Source: Trichoplax sp. H2 (taxonomy: Eukaryota). Taken from it: DNA of 64,000 nt. The DNA lies in NCBI GenBank assembly GCA_003344405.1, contig NOWV01000216.1, positions 1 to 64,000 of the forward strand, in the 5' to 3' direction. A program made the position numbers and the translations under genes. Under the pieces are notes generated by a model. It did no database searches and was not told the DNA's origin. It saw only the letters and a list, made by a program, of their open reading frames with translations. Positions 50,303 through 64,000 of this stretch are shown here, piece after piece (position 1 is the stretch's first letter; each line of letters starts with the position of its first letter).

Positions 50303-51689
50303 GATGATTCATTATTGAAGATTTGTTTCCTAACAATCATTTCACCATATTTCATCAAAAGAAGCAACAATAAGGATTGCCTCTAAACTGAGATCCTTTT
50401 TAATTTATACAATCAGGCTTAGATAATGACCGAGCCACGAAGGATTAAACGTTTTCAAAAATATCTTTCTAAATACTGAAAAGTGAGTTAAATATAATTG
50501 CTAGCACAATAAAGCAAAACTAGCTGTCTTGAACTACAGAAGCTCACAATAAAATGACGCTAAAGTGTCGAAAGGCTGGAATTACCTTCGTAACGAAATA
50601 AACAGCAACTGTCTTCGTCTTCTACAAATAGCTTTATCGGTATTTTAGTCACTGGCTTTCATAGTGTCATCAAACTAATTATCGATAAGCCTTTCAATCC
50701 GCTTAATATAGAAAATTAACCGGTAAAACGATTTATATATTGGTCAAGACTTAAAATTCGGCAATCAACCGCAATTAAGCTAGAATAAAATCCATGCCAC
50801 GGCTGAATACAACTATCAGCGCCATTTATTATTTAAATAAACCTATAGATTAGCTTATAGCGATCTGGAAAAGTAGTTGAATGTCAGCATCAGCTTGAAT
50901 TTTCGTCTTTGAAGAGACTCTTAAGTGTTTTCTTTAAGCTATATGATTTTCTAAGCTATTTCTTAGTATTTATTACAGCTTTCTACCTAATCTTTTTCAA
51001 CAGGTTTCTCCTTGCAGAAGTGGCTAAATGGCTGCGCATGCTTCGTGCATTCAGAAAGGGACTACCCTCGCTCAGTTTCTATGGTTTCTGCTCATTCAAT
51101 CGATATAGACTACTGCTCTAGAATGTAAATAAGCAGGTAGAAACTTTTTAAGACTTTAATACGTTTCTTATTTATACTTTCAGAAGTTTCCAACTAGTTT
51201 ATTCGAGAGTGATGTCAGACAATGTAATAGTTTTAAAAAATCACAATGGATCTTCAGTAAAATACGCGTAATTCAATATTTACTGCGAATAAGGATAAAA
51301 AAGTTAAAATCTTGACCGTAAATAGGGTCTGTTATTAGCCGGCTGGAGTTAGTTCAGTCATACTTAGTTTCCATAGTTTCGGCTCATTGAATCGATACTT
51401 ACTACTCCTCGAGGATTTCTTCTTGGCAGTCCTAAAGCATGAGAATAAGACAGCTAAATTCTGGACAAGGACAAGAATGAAGACACTTTCCACCTACTCG
51501 AGCTATTTCTCGTACAATCAATTGACCGTTAAATTATGCTACATATCTGAATGCACATTGAACAAATAAGAAATAATATAGCTTAAATGGATAAAAAATA
51601 ATTAATTATATTATTAGTTGATAATGTAAGAGGCGCATAGCTAGACCATGGGTGAGTGCGTTTAAAACGATTCATTTCGATGATCTAAA

Positions 51690-52950
51690 ATTCCGTGTTA
51701 TTAAGTAAGTATTGATAATGCATAATTTAAATCTAGATATGGATGAGATTTAGGATACTTTTGACCAATTTCAGCTGCTTCCTGGCAATGGGATGGTCGT
51801 CAAATTACGCTATATACAGTAAGTGATTATGCAACTAAAAAAGTTACGTGGCGTAACTTGATAAACTAAATTCATCATGAAGTGGCAAAGTAAACGAATG
51901 GTTATACCATTGCTTCATTTATTCAAAATGGATAGATTCTGATTTATTTAAATGATACTGGAACTTGATTTCCATGTTATTGAGTATATATAGGTCTAGA
52001 TAGTTTTGATATTTGCCTTCACTCAGTCCTAAATCATATATTAAATCTCGCCATAGGCAAGTCTTGATGCACAGCTAGCTAATATTATGGTATAGATAGA
52101 TAGATTAAATTGATCATTAAATGACAAAGTAACTAGATTTACTATGGTTAAATAGGTGAAAAATAGATAGATTCTGATTTATTTAGGTGATACTGAAGGT
52201 TTATTTCCATGTTATGATAGGCTAAATTGATTATTAAATGACAAAGTACGTAAATAGATTTACTACTATTAAGTACGTTCAAATAGATTAATTCTGATCC
52301 ATTCAGATTATACTGAAACTTAATTTCCATGTTAGAAAAGACTAAATTGAACTTTAAATGACAAAGTAGGGAAACAGATTTACAATTGCTAAATTCGTTC
52401 AAAATAGATAGATTCAGTTTCATGTTTATGATACTAATGATATGTTCTCAAGTAAATGTGGATCTAGATACTCTTTATAGTTGCTTTTATACAGTCCTGA
52501 AATACATCCTAAATCTCGACATGCTCGAGTCTTAATCCATAGTAAGTAATATGACGTAATTTAATAGACAAAATTGATTATTAAATAGCAAAGTTATGGA
52601 ACAATTATGACATTTTTCAATACATTCAAATAGATTCTAATTCAATTAGATAATACTAAAGCTGATTCCATATTATTAAATAAATGTAAATCTAGGTGCT
52701 CTTTACAGTTGTCTGCATGCAATCCTAAATTATACATTAAATCTCGATAACAAATGTATAACCTAAATATCAAAAAATGAGATTAAGGACGCATTTTAGC
52801 AGCTCAAGCTATTTTCTTGTAATGAAATAATCGTCAAATTGTACTATGTCATTTAATGCAAAACTGGAAATTAACAAGACGTAAATTAATAAGCGAAATT
52901 GGTCGTTAGATAACAAGGTAAGTAAGTAAATAGTTGCACTACAGTTTAAC
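51690..52950 (-). repeat. Degenerate serial copies of the fucosyltransferase 3' end
   Basis: Copies at ~51985, ~52450, ~52680; the last translates YRDLMYNLGLHADNCKEHLDLHLFNN versus YRDLSYTLGPHEDNCKEYPDPYLLNN in the gene. Confidence 0.8.
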
Positions 52951-52954
52951 ACAT

Positions 52955-54200
52955 TCAACATGAATAGTTTCCGGTTTATTTCGATGAAATTGAAATCTAG
53001 TTTTCTTCTTATTCAGTAGATGTGAACCTCGATATTCATTACAGTTGTCTTCATGAAGTCCTAATGAGGTCCTAATGTGGAACTTAAATCTCGATAAGGA
53101 CTGGATTGAAGACCTTTATTCCCAATTTGAGCTATTTCTTGCACACGTTGCACATACTTCCCTATTACGACTGGACTTGAACATTATAGTTTCCTCACCA
53201 CTGAAAATATGAATTATATAACATATCATTACTAGATACTTTTCTTAAATAATTGGCCAATTCTGAGACATTAGCAAATTTTAAAGCATCAATAAATGAA
53301 TGCGAAGGTAACAAGCGCCAATCAGAATATAATTGGCTCCACTAATAATAATCGGAATTAGGTTATTTTCGAAGGCATTTTGATATATCATTTCAGTTAA
53401 GAAGCCATTGCAAACGCTGTTTTCGAAGCTTAAATAAAATTTATAATTATATTGAATTTGTTACTAACATTGTGTATTTCTAAGAAATATTTGACCACAT
53501 CGACCAAAGATATCGACATTAGTATAATTTTGCAATGCACAAACAATATTCATTCGATGTCGATAACACACACTGGATACAATAGCGATCATTTTAGGTC
53601 GATTTGCAGTATAGTTAAAGCAGGGTAAGAATCCATTGCTATGCTTGCCGCGATTTACATAGCTATGAGGCGAAGGAACCTCTACTTCTTTCGTGTAATT
53701 CACGATCTAATCAAATGCACTGCTAAAATTTTTTTGAGTAACGGTCTTTGAATTAGTCGCAAACTCTGAGGACTTTCCAAGGTAAAATTAATCCATCGCT
53801 GAAGCGGAGGCTTTACTTAGTTATTGGGTAAGCTATCCTTATCTTTTAAAGTATTTAAATCATTTCTGTGGAATAGTACGGCTTCAGCAATAGGAAAATA
53901 ACTTTTATTGCTACTAAAATAGCACAATACAGACTATAATCCGCAAAAGTGATAACCAAGAGCTACTGGCCAACTATTAAAAAAGATCAGCCCAATAGAG
54001 TATCTTTATAACTTTTAACGATTGTATTTTCATCGCAATAGATGTCTTTATATATTATTTCGAGAATCCTTGGTGCATCTTATAACATTCTTAAAGAGCA
54101 TAACGGGCGTATCACTAGGATAAATATAATTTATTAATGTACAGAAAACTAGAACTCTATAACAGTATCGTAAAATTATTTTTAAATCTTTCCTAGCCAT
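52955..54200 (-). pseudogene. Alpha-1,3-fucosyltransferase pseudogene, paralog of 49056-50302
   Basis: Colinear DNA similarity from the ATG (54200) to the stop region; residual ORF 53464-53703 (RPKMIAIVSSVCY..NVDIFGRCGQ); several stops and small indels. Confidence 0.88.
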
Positions 54201-54704
54201 GATGATTCATTAATTTATTATTGAAGATTTGTTTCCAGCAATTATTTCTCTATAATGGATCAAAAGAACTGGCATTACCCATAACTTCTAAATTGCGATC
54301 TTTTTCAACTTATAAAACCATGCATAAGCAATGACTAACCAGCAAAGAATTAAACGCTTTCAAATGTGTATATATTTATAAGTATGATACAGAAAAGTTT
54401 ATTAATTCATCTAACTGTTGGCACAATAAGCAAAAATAACTGTCTTGAACTGTAGGAGCTCACATATAATGACCCATAGGTTATTAAGCGTACTTGAGCC
54501 GGCAACCAACCACGGAATGACCTAGAATAATACCGTATCCATGCCACAACTGAATACAACTTTTGATGTAATTTGTTTTGAAAATAATCTAACAGACTAA
54601 CCTCTAGCGATCTGGAAACGGAATTAAATGTCAGTAACTATTAAAGTTATCTAAATATACAAGTAGGAAAATACTTGAAATCAGCAATCAACTGCAGAAC
54701 GAGT

Positions 54705-55616
54705 TTGAATAATACTATGTCCACACCACAGCTGAACGCAACTATCGATGTAATTAATTTTGAAAATAAACTGACGGACTAGCTTCTAGCGATCTGGAAA
54801 TAGAATTAAACGTTAGCAACTACTGGAGTTTTCCGTTAGATACCACGCGGGAAAAAGACTTAGAAAAGGGCCTTTCTCCATTTGGAAGTTTGCTATTAAT
54901 GCTTTCCGCAGTTTTTAATTAGTTTTTAAAAAACGATTCCGGTATAGGGATAGTTCTATACACTGTTATATCAAATTGGCTTAAAAAACTAAACATATGA
55001 GTAGATACACTTTGATTGACTCTGTAAATGATCGCATTACTTGTCTCGAAATTTTGACATCATGACTTTAGTTTTAATCGCTAGCTAACATGCAAATTTT
55101 CAATTTGCGAAAATTCTTCTCATTTCAACCTCAATGGAAGGGTAACCTAGTAGAGAATAAACTAATAAGCTGTAGGTTGCTACACAATCTCAATTAGATC
55201 GTAACCTATCCATAACGTTAACATGGATTGATTTTGTCTAGTTACTAGTGGCAATAGAGTATCCTGTCATGTTCTACACTATGTAAGTGATGAAGTAGAT
55301 GTTAGCTGAAATTATCTCTTTGGTAGTCGTAGGAACAAATANNNNNNNNNNNNNNNNNNNNTTTGAATAATACTATGTCCACACCACAGCTGAACGCAAC
55401 TATCGATGTAATTAATTTTGAAAATAAACTGACGGACTAGCTTCTAGCGATCTGGAAATAGAATTAAACGTTAGCAACTACTGGAGTTTTCCGTTAGATA
55501 CCACGCGGGAAAAAGACTTAGAAAAGGGCCTTTCTCCATTTGGAAGTTTGCTATTAATGCTTTCAGCTGTTTTTAATTAGTTTTTAAAAAACGATTCAGG
55601 TATAGGGATAGTTCTA
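54705..55616. other. Duplication junction and overlap around the N-gap 55342-55361
   Basis: 54705-54958 repeats at 55362-55616; 54954-55341 is a near-identical copy of 47559-47947. Confidence 0.85.
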
Positions 55617-58600
55617 GAAGAATCGTAATTTCCCTGCCGTAAAACTATTTCAATTCTGACTGAAAGTCAGGACAAAAAGTTAAAATCTTAATTGTTACAG
55701 AGTCTGTCATGAGCCGATTGGTGTTGGCTCTTTCATACTTAGTTTGCATGCCTTTCATTGACTGAATAGAGGCTTACTACTATTAGGTGTAGAAGAGGGT
55801 AGAAACTATTGATGAATGGATCATAATATCAATATTTTTTACGTGTAAAATTCGTTTGTAATGGCGTAATATCCAAGAATTTACCAATCCTACGCTTTAT
55901 CAATAACCGCATCTGCCAGAATACGAGATATCGTAGTATCCGTTCATTATTGGTAGAAGTCCTTTTAAGACTTTAGTATATTTTACCTAGTAATACAATT
56001 ATACTGGTAGAAGTCTTTTTAAGTCTTTACTATATTTTATCTAGTTATACTTTTAGTAGTTTCCAACTAATATCGCAAATTAAACTTCGTGAGTGGTCCT
56101 TTATTTGATATAGTAGTCGTCTTACCATCCTACTAACTTGAGAGATTTACAGAGTCGATTAGTACTGAGATTGACGAAAAGTGGTAGTAAGTTTGATTGA
56201 ATTGAAAAATTACTTTATTAAACACTGATGTGATTACAATCTAAGTCCAACACGATACAAGACTTGATCATAATTAATTACTTTTATATCATAACTTGAA
56301 CTGGAAAATTGGACTTACGAGTATGTCTAGCATGCTAAAGCAAACTGACCTAATTATCAGTTAGTTATCATTTTATTAACTCCAAGATTGTATAAGAATG
56401 ATTTTATTACTAGGGACCAAATTTGATCTATCGAATAACGGGTATACTAGATCAAAGTCTATTTTACCTCACTGTACATAAATAGACAATCGTCCCGAAA
56501 CAATGATCGCCAAACAATAAATCGTAGCACATGAATTATCAATACGATGATTGGGCAAGAATAATCTTAATCCGATTACTGAAGTGAAATTAAGCGATTT
56601 CTAATATGTAAACGGCTTTAGTACGCCTAATTCAATTTTCATCCTACAAAATGATAATTGGGTAAAAATGATTTTATTCCAATTATTAAATTGAATTCAT
56701 CTCATGCCTAATAAATTGTATAAGTTTCAGAATCTAAGTAATATGATTAAACAACTGATAGCGATTGTAATCAAACTAACAGTTTAAATTGAGTTCACGT
56801 TAAAATATAGTACTTTAAAATGATTCATGTCGCAGCTACTTTATTGCCGAATAAGGCTAGTCAAAAAGCTGAAAACCCAGTTGGCTTATAAATAGAAAAA
56901 AATTCTATGCTAATCTGTATTCTTTAGTATATTCGTAATCAATTCTAGATTAGATTATCAAGAAGTTTCAACAAGAGTAAACTATTTGATTTCGATATAA
57001 TACGATAGACCGTATTTAATGGGTGAAACTATGGTGTAGGCAATTCAAATTAATAAATTAGGTAGAATGAAAATTAATTTTCTTGCTGAAACGTATCTTT
57101 AATTTTAATATAAGGTAATATGCATTATTTATTTAATAAGCATGTTTGTCGTAGAGGTGGTTCGATGTAGTGAATTAGGTAACGTGAAAGATGTTTTACG
57201 TTCAGGTTAATTTTTTTACTGGTAGAATTGCAATATGCAGAGTACGAGCTAATGAAATTCAATAAAGCGAAAAAGAAATTTCCATTTTTAAATCTATATC
57301 CAACCCACTATTTCTTGCATTTATGCCCGTCTGGAAGGATTAACATTAGCGTATCTATTCAATACAGAAGAAGGGGCCATTCAGCATTAATTTAATTAAT
57401 ATTGATTGTGTCAGTTTCAGTTGCAGTAGCAACAATGAATGCTTTCCAGGTAGGACATCTACTCGATTTTACCTTGTAATAGATCCCCTTTATATTGACT
57501 AACAACAAGTTTATTTTCTAACATGCTACAGAATAATTATCTCTATAGAAGCCTACCCAATTGCAAACTAATTTCTAAACCGCGAGCAATATGACAATGA
57601 AAGTAAAATTTCATGTGCCAATTAAGTTGTTTCTTATATACTAGTACTACATTACAGCATTATATTGAAGAAAGTTCTGACAATAAATCTGCTTTTATTC
57701 ATGTTCCATCTACCAGCTTTCTACTCTCTCCTTATCCACATATACATGCGATAATAATAAAAAAATTGGCGATGAAACCTCGACAAAATTTCCTTTTCAA
57801 CATAACACTAGCGCTAATTTAATGGTCCTACCGAATCGATTGTCGATGGACATTGATGGGCCATCAAACACGTGATCTAATGTCAGTTATTCTTCTATTT
57901 TTCAGGCCATTAGAAAATTGAATTTGCTATTATGCTGGTTGCTATGGTATTAAATTTAAAATTTTAATCACTGCTATGGTGTTGAAAGAATGTCTATCGA
58001 GTAAAACCATCATATCATCCATATTGACTCTTATAGGTGTCAAAATTGATCATTATTTCACAGTTTAGAAAGAAAAAGATCAGAATGATAGAATAAAAAT
58101 ATTGCTTTCCTTTCAGACAGTATCTCAAATCATCATGGCATACAAAATCAAAGAAATAATGGGGGTAACTATACTCTTTAGAGAGCCATGAATTAGCATT
58201 TTTAATGGTCTGATGGAGTGAGTATCTGGCAGAGTAATATTGATTACCGACAGCCTGATCGAAAGATAAATTAATTCGTTACCATCTAGCTCATTGCTAA
58301 AGCGCTTTATGGCTAAAAATTAAACGCTGAAATCAAAGCCAAAAAATTCAGCCGGTAGAGAGAAAGAAATAGGGAAATCAGTTTAAGCCTAGCGACATCA
58401 ATTTGATCACGATGGTAAATTTCAATTTCAATTCTATCCCATTGCTATCAAGCTTAATAGCAAAGTAGAGTCTTTACGAAATTAGCCAGACTTTAACAGA
58501 AAACAACCATGTCAGGCCATCAAATTAATCGAAAAGTAAGCGTAAGAACACAGATATTGTAGAATATAAAGTAGTAAGGCTGCAATTAATTAGTTGCCCT

Positions 58601-60112
58601 CCAATATTTGAAAGAAAAGAAAATTCCTCAAAAGGTTAAAAGGAGCAATGCCGTTACTGTAGTTTGATAAGGACATTATTTGTCTACAGTCTAATTATCG
58701 ATGAAAGCTTTGAATTAGAAATTCCTAAAGGTCCATACTTGTGATCGTTTACATGGCCATTCAATACCATAGATTAGATGAAAGAATAAGAGTAACTGTC
58801 GAAAGTATTCCCCATGATTAATATATTGTAATCTTAACAAAGATACTAAAAACACTATTTATTCCGTGAGAATATGATTTCGATAGATGGTTCATCGAGG
58901 TCGAAAGCTGAAAAAGCAAAGTCGTTGTCACAATGATATCTTCTATCTTGTGGCTCTGATAAGCATTTCGTTCATCTTTACTGTCATTGATAGATTGATC
59001 ATAGAGTGTTCTTAAAATGAGGATGATTTATCTATTAAACGCAAATTGCTATGTCAGCATGTATAGCAGGCAGTTTACATTGAGAAAAATTTTGATAAGG
59101 CCATATTAAAGAATCAAATAAAACGTTATGTTAATGAAAATTCTAGCAATAGCAGAGTTATCCTAGACTGGGGACTTGACGGATAAGCTATTGAAATTCA
59201 TCTAAAATAATATTTTTTACTTCAGAAATAAGACAATTTTTTAGCGAATTCAAGGGATAAAGAAGAACTCAATTGCAAAAGTATGGCGATCGTAGCTTGG
59301 ATTACGTTACTAAAACTTCAATAAGTGACTCAGCATTGATTGTGGCTGTAACAGAAATATTGATAAAATAAAACTAAAATTAAATTAGTTTGCTTCGATA
59401 TAACTGGTGATAAAATTGCTACCATCATATTTTCCTTGTTCGATGGAATATATATTTTATTATTTATTGATATTAGCAATCGTTAGCATTGCCTTCAAGG
59501 TAGTACACACAATACCATGTAATTGGGCTATAAAAAAGCAAGAAAATTTTACGGATCCACCGTAAAACACACTATCATCTAAGGCAAACATATATTAGAT
59601 TAGATAGAATAGTAAAGAAGACTAGTAGAAGACATGTCCATTTCGGTGGACAAGTCTTCATGTTATAACACGGAGCTATGTTGCTCTACTTTATGCTATA
59701 TTATTCATCTTGTATTCATTTAAGATAAGCGTAACTAACCAACAACACTTTAGTCTACTTTGAAAACCAAAGTATTCGCTGCAACATCAGTCAATTTTGA
59801 ATACGATGCTTTAATACATCAACGACATACTATTGAAGAAAACTACGGATATATAATTTGATGTATTCTTAAACGTATTTTATTACTAGCTTCTTGTATA
59901 AGTGTTACTACGAAGAATTAAGGAAAATTCTAGAACTTTGCTAATGTAACCCGAACTCAGTAAAGGTTACGTTTTACTAATAGTTGTTAATGACTACACA
60001 AGTAGATAATTTATATATTATCGAGTAAAATATTTCCTTGATATCCAATCTATTCAAAATCGATCTATGCCCACGTTCAATATCAACAAATTAACGTAAA
60101 TGAGAGTCTTCA

Positions 60113-60628
60113 TTACTGCAAGGCGCAGATAATTAAAGTAACTAGGACAAAAAGTACGTTATAGGTAAGAGTGCGGGGAGCTCCATTAGTCGTTGTGCCT
60201 GTAGGACATGCAACACCGCATGACAGCCATGATTGCTTGCCACAACACGTTGCAGAATTCATTGGCTCACAAATACCAGGATGAGATAATCCAGTTGTCA
60301 TATTAGGTGCACTACCTTCAAGCCATATGCAATCAGGATCACCTAATTCAGCACCGTTTGTCTTGCCATCACCATCACTGTCCGCTTGACATAGTGCCAT
60401 AGTCCATGTGCGGTTAGCATTGGCAAAAGCAACACCAAAAGGATTTCTTGCTCCACCACCAGCAGCAGCTTGATGACCAACACCAGCCCAAATTGCATTG
60501 GATGAACTACATGGGTTAGGTACTCTTGCACCATTAGGAAATTTAGTTTGATAAGGTAGATATCCATAGATATCGGTAATAGTGGTGAAAAAAACGATGG
60601 TAACCAACAAGTACGCGTATTTTGCCAT
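60113..60628 (-). CDS. Temptin-domain protein with signal peptide and hydrophobic C-terminus (probable GPI anchor), 171 aa
   Basis: MAKYAYLLVTIVFF..FPNGARVPNPC..WAGVGH..GGGARNPFGVAF..WTMALCQADSDGDGKTNGAELGDPDCIW..LSHPGICEP; likely start is the ATG at 60628; probable 5'UTR intron 60670-60805 (GTGAG...TTTTTTGTTAG); TATA-like element at ~60875. Confidence 0.88.
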   Translation of the reverse strand: MAKYAYLLVTIVFFTTITDIYGYLPYQTKFPNGARVPNPCSSSNAIWAGVGHQAAAGGGARNPFGVAFANANRTWTMALCQADSDGDGKTNGAELGDPDCIWLEGSAPNMTTGLSHPGICEPMNSATCCGKQSWLSCGVACPTGTTTNGAPRTLTYNVLFVLVTLIICALQ

Positions 60629-63600
60629 GGTTAAAATTACTTTTGGGAGATTTACGATTTGTTCAGGGTCTAACAAAAAATTGAAATGATGAATATTAAT
60701 AAAAGCTTTATGAAGTGCTATAGAAAATAGTATTCAAACTCTAATAATAAAATTATATTGAGTCTGTTCTATGAGGAAGAGAAAATGAGAAATTCTCCAA
60801 CTCACCGTCAACGACTTTTTTCAATTTTGGGCTTTTCTGAGAATAATGAGTCTAGACCACAAGTAGCAACGGCTTATAACCGTTCAGCTCGTAACCAGTG
60901 GCCTAGTCGATAGAATAATAGTATTGCCACCTATCGTACCCGGTATCAAGCTATAACATTGTTTAGTAAGTCAATTAATCAAGTTTGAATGTATAGTTAA
61001 TTTACACATGAGTCAGCAGGTCATTTTGCGATCAAGGTTTATCGGTATAAAATGCACTTCTTCAACCGCATGAATATGAAGGAAGTTCATTTAAAAGTAA
61101 ACAATATCATCCATTGGAGAACAAATAAACTGCCCGATTGAGGAAGGATTCTTTACCAATCAGAAAGCGATGAAATGAATACAATTTCAAGACTAATGCT
61201 TGATTGACACCCAACAACGGCCATAATAAATATGAGATAGAAAAGAAATGCGCTATTGTTGCTAGAAAATGATTCATGATTATTATTTTTTGATGATAAA
61301 TATATAATTAGAGTATGCAGCATCCGAGTAACAATACAGTACACTCACTGTGACATCATCCTTGATGACGATAAAAGGAATAATAGTATACAACACCTCG
61401 CCTTATCTTGATCATCCAGCAAACATCTTCATTATTAGCTTACCTGAATATCATGGTGGATCATATTAGTTAAGTAGGTCTACAGAGTATGATTAGGTAA
61501 GTTATAGTAATGAGCGCAATGTAATTTCCATCTATCCTATCGTGATAGAGAATTGGTCAAGCTTTCTAAGCTGCTAGTTTCCATTGGCGTAAATTAGTAT
61601 TCGAAATTTCGTGTGACTTCTTTTAAGTTATCCATAAGCCGACCAGGTTAATAAACATATTGATCCATGCAAGGATGGATTAATTAATTCATAGAACATG
61701 GATACGCATCTGTTTATCATGAGGTTTATACGTAGATGGCGTGGCTATGGACTTACAGCTATCGAATTATTATGGAAGGTTAAAAGCACGATGATAGCGC
61801 GTATTACACATTCTTTTGTTAGCGCTGAATGATATTTACTGGATACTATTTTTGTGTACTAATATTGCCAAATTTTTAGACCGTAGTGAGTATTTCATTT
61901 AATACGTCGTGACTAGCATTTATAAGAACATGAAAGGGTTACAAATATGAGTCACTTTTAAGTTTCTTTTCGCCATAGCCATTCGCAAATTGCCTTTAAG
62001 GATGATTCCATGATCGAGAATTGTTTTAGCAGAGAGCTAAGAAGAGGAATTGAAATATCTTTTTATGCTAATGTTACCTTTCAAAGGGTTATGAAATAGA
62101 ATATCCTTCTCGATTTAAACCTGTATACTGCAGTACATTACCTTAGTTGAAGCAAACAATAGAGAAAAGAAAGAACTAAATTTCCTTATCACTGTGGCCT
62201 ATGTACAGCACTAGGTTCAAGGAGATCTCGTTAACTTGACTACCAAAAATTAAAACGCTACTTATTGCAAAAGGCAAACAAATTCTTGGCATTGGTTATT
62301 GTCAATTGCCAGATAAATAATGACAGAAAAGTGTGCCCTAAGTCAATATAATGACCAATATCTTGATGGACTAAGATCCATTCTGACAATTAAACGCTTT
62401 AACATGGATATTTTGAAACTATAACTTCCACATAGGATTCACTTGCAGTAATTAATTATTAATTAGACTATATCAGAAAGATTAGATTTACACCAAGAGG
62501 CATTGATTTATCTTACAACTTAGCATGGAAAGCATTAATTAAAGTATAGTATAAGATGTAGTTGCTAAGGAGGGCATTGTAGAAGAATTAGCTGTAACTG
62601 TTATAATTTGCCTATGGCACCAGATGATTTTGTTGTTTGGATACTCTCACAAAATTCATTATACCTACAAACAAAGACCTAAGGCCGATGAGCATTTAAT
62701 GAAACTATTATATCATGCATTTCTCTAACGTTCATATTAGGATGGATTTTATGCCTATAAGATTGATGGGAATGTTTCGTTAACATTCCATTTATGTCGA
62801 ATAAGGATTTATACGATATGGTCAGATATTAGCTGTAATCCTAAGTGAAGTCATCATCATTACTGCTACTTACCAAATTCTAAAATGGCATGGATCAGCA
62901 TAATGATAAAGAGTATCATCAAAAATGTATTACCAGTATATTAGTTTATACCATTTAGCTCTCATCTTAGTTGGCTCTCTTCTTAGTCTTTTGCCTCACA
63001 AGAAATCGCATAAGAGTATCTGATATAGATTTCGCTAAAGCTTTTGGAGGCAAGGTGCATGTAACAAACTCATTTTCTGAGATTTACCGTATTTATTCCA
63101 ACTTGAAATAAGTCTGATTTACTAGCATATTAAACCCAGGATTTCTATCCTGTCAGTAAAACAAGTTTAAGGTTATGAATTTAATATTTCAGCCAATAGT
63201 ACTGTTGCAATGACATTAAAGCATAGGATGAAAGCATTGCTGACGTCAAGAGAAGAAATGTAATTTCAATTTTAGCGTAAAAGTGTATTACACTTTTTCA
63301 TGCAACATCTATATTCTGGACTACTATCGCCTTTACTACCTTCATAGTAAGAAATGTCGATCTCGTGTAAATTGAGCGATGACAAAAGTTGCACTAACTA
63401 AACTAAGGTCTTCAGTCAAGTTGAAATTTCATAATTAGTAACTAAGATAGTGTCACGGTACGCCATTACTAATTAAGTAACTGTAAATTAATGAAAGCTT
63501 ATGAATAGATAAGATAAGGTTATGTACTATGTTTTAATGCGCTTGTAGCTGATAATAGGATGATAGAAATGAGATAAAAATAGAAGTTGTTAGCAGTTAA

Positions 63601-64000
63601 TTTACTGTAGGTTTATAAGGTGTGTTAATCTCTAAAAATTGAGCTGTATATGGACGAAGGTTAAGCGTCTTAACACCTGATAGCTTGTAGCTATCTAAGT
63701 CTGAGAATATCGACATGTATATTTAGTAATGGTATTATACTAATTAATGTAACTTGTAAAGCATGAATTCTCACTCGTTAATATTGGAATTCACTGTAGA
63801 AACCTATTTAAGCGCGTGAATTTGTAGAATAAAGTAAGTAATTGCTCAAGAAACGGCAAGACTCATATCGTGAAGAATAGTGTAATAATTACTCAGTTGT
63901 CTGTGGAGATCAGCCGAGAAAGCGAGTTCTCAAATACTTCTCTCATAGAAACTGAAAGTACTGGGAGAAATAGCCTAAGTTTTAAGCAACTACACTAGAG

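Noticed and set aside
61000..64000. Gene at the right end of the window
   Set aside because: Only scattered splice-like signals and short ORFs; no recognisable product

Overview
AT-rich eukaryotic (animal) genomic DNA with short GT-AG introns and two N-gaps. The compact gene structure is consistent with a basal metazoan such as a placozoan, but that is inference only. Contents: four intact, intronless S10 serine carboxypeptidases (cathepsin A-like; one on +, three in tandem on -) straddling a multi-exon NFXL1 gene; a UBE3A/E6AP-like HECT ligase whose 5' end I could not resolve; eIF5B; and an accessory cell-surface block with two temptin-domain genes flanking two GT10 alpha-1,3-fucosyltransferase copies. 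Most notable observations: (1) a full-length temptin frame interrupted only by three in-frame TAG codons, one at a conserved Trp; (2) a ~2-kb array of 44-bp hairpin units at the NFXL1 promoter, and tandem arrays upstream of most genes; (3) a palindrome-associated 11-nt insertion separating the fucosyltransferase membrane anchor from its catalytic domain; (4) a junction suggesting a collapsed ~7.4-kb tandem duplication; (5) CLEAR/M-box-like motifs upstream of the carboxypeptidases; (6) six consecutive symmetric phase-2 exons and a candidate C/D snoRNA in eIF5B. No CRISPR array, rRNA, tRNA or transposase was recognised. Exon boundaries were read by eye.
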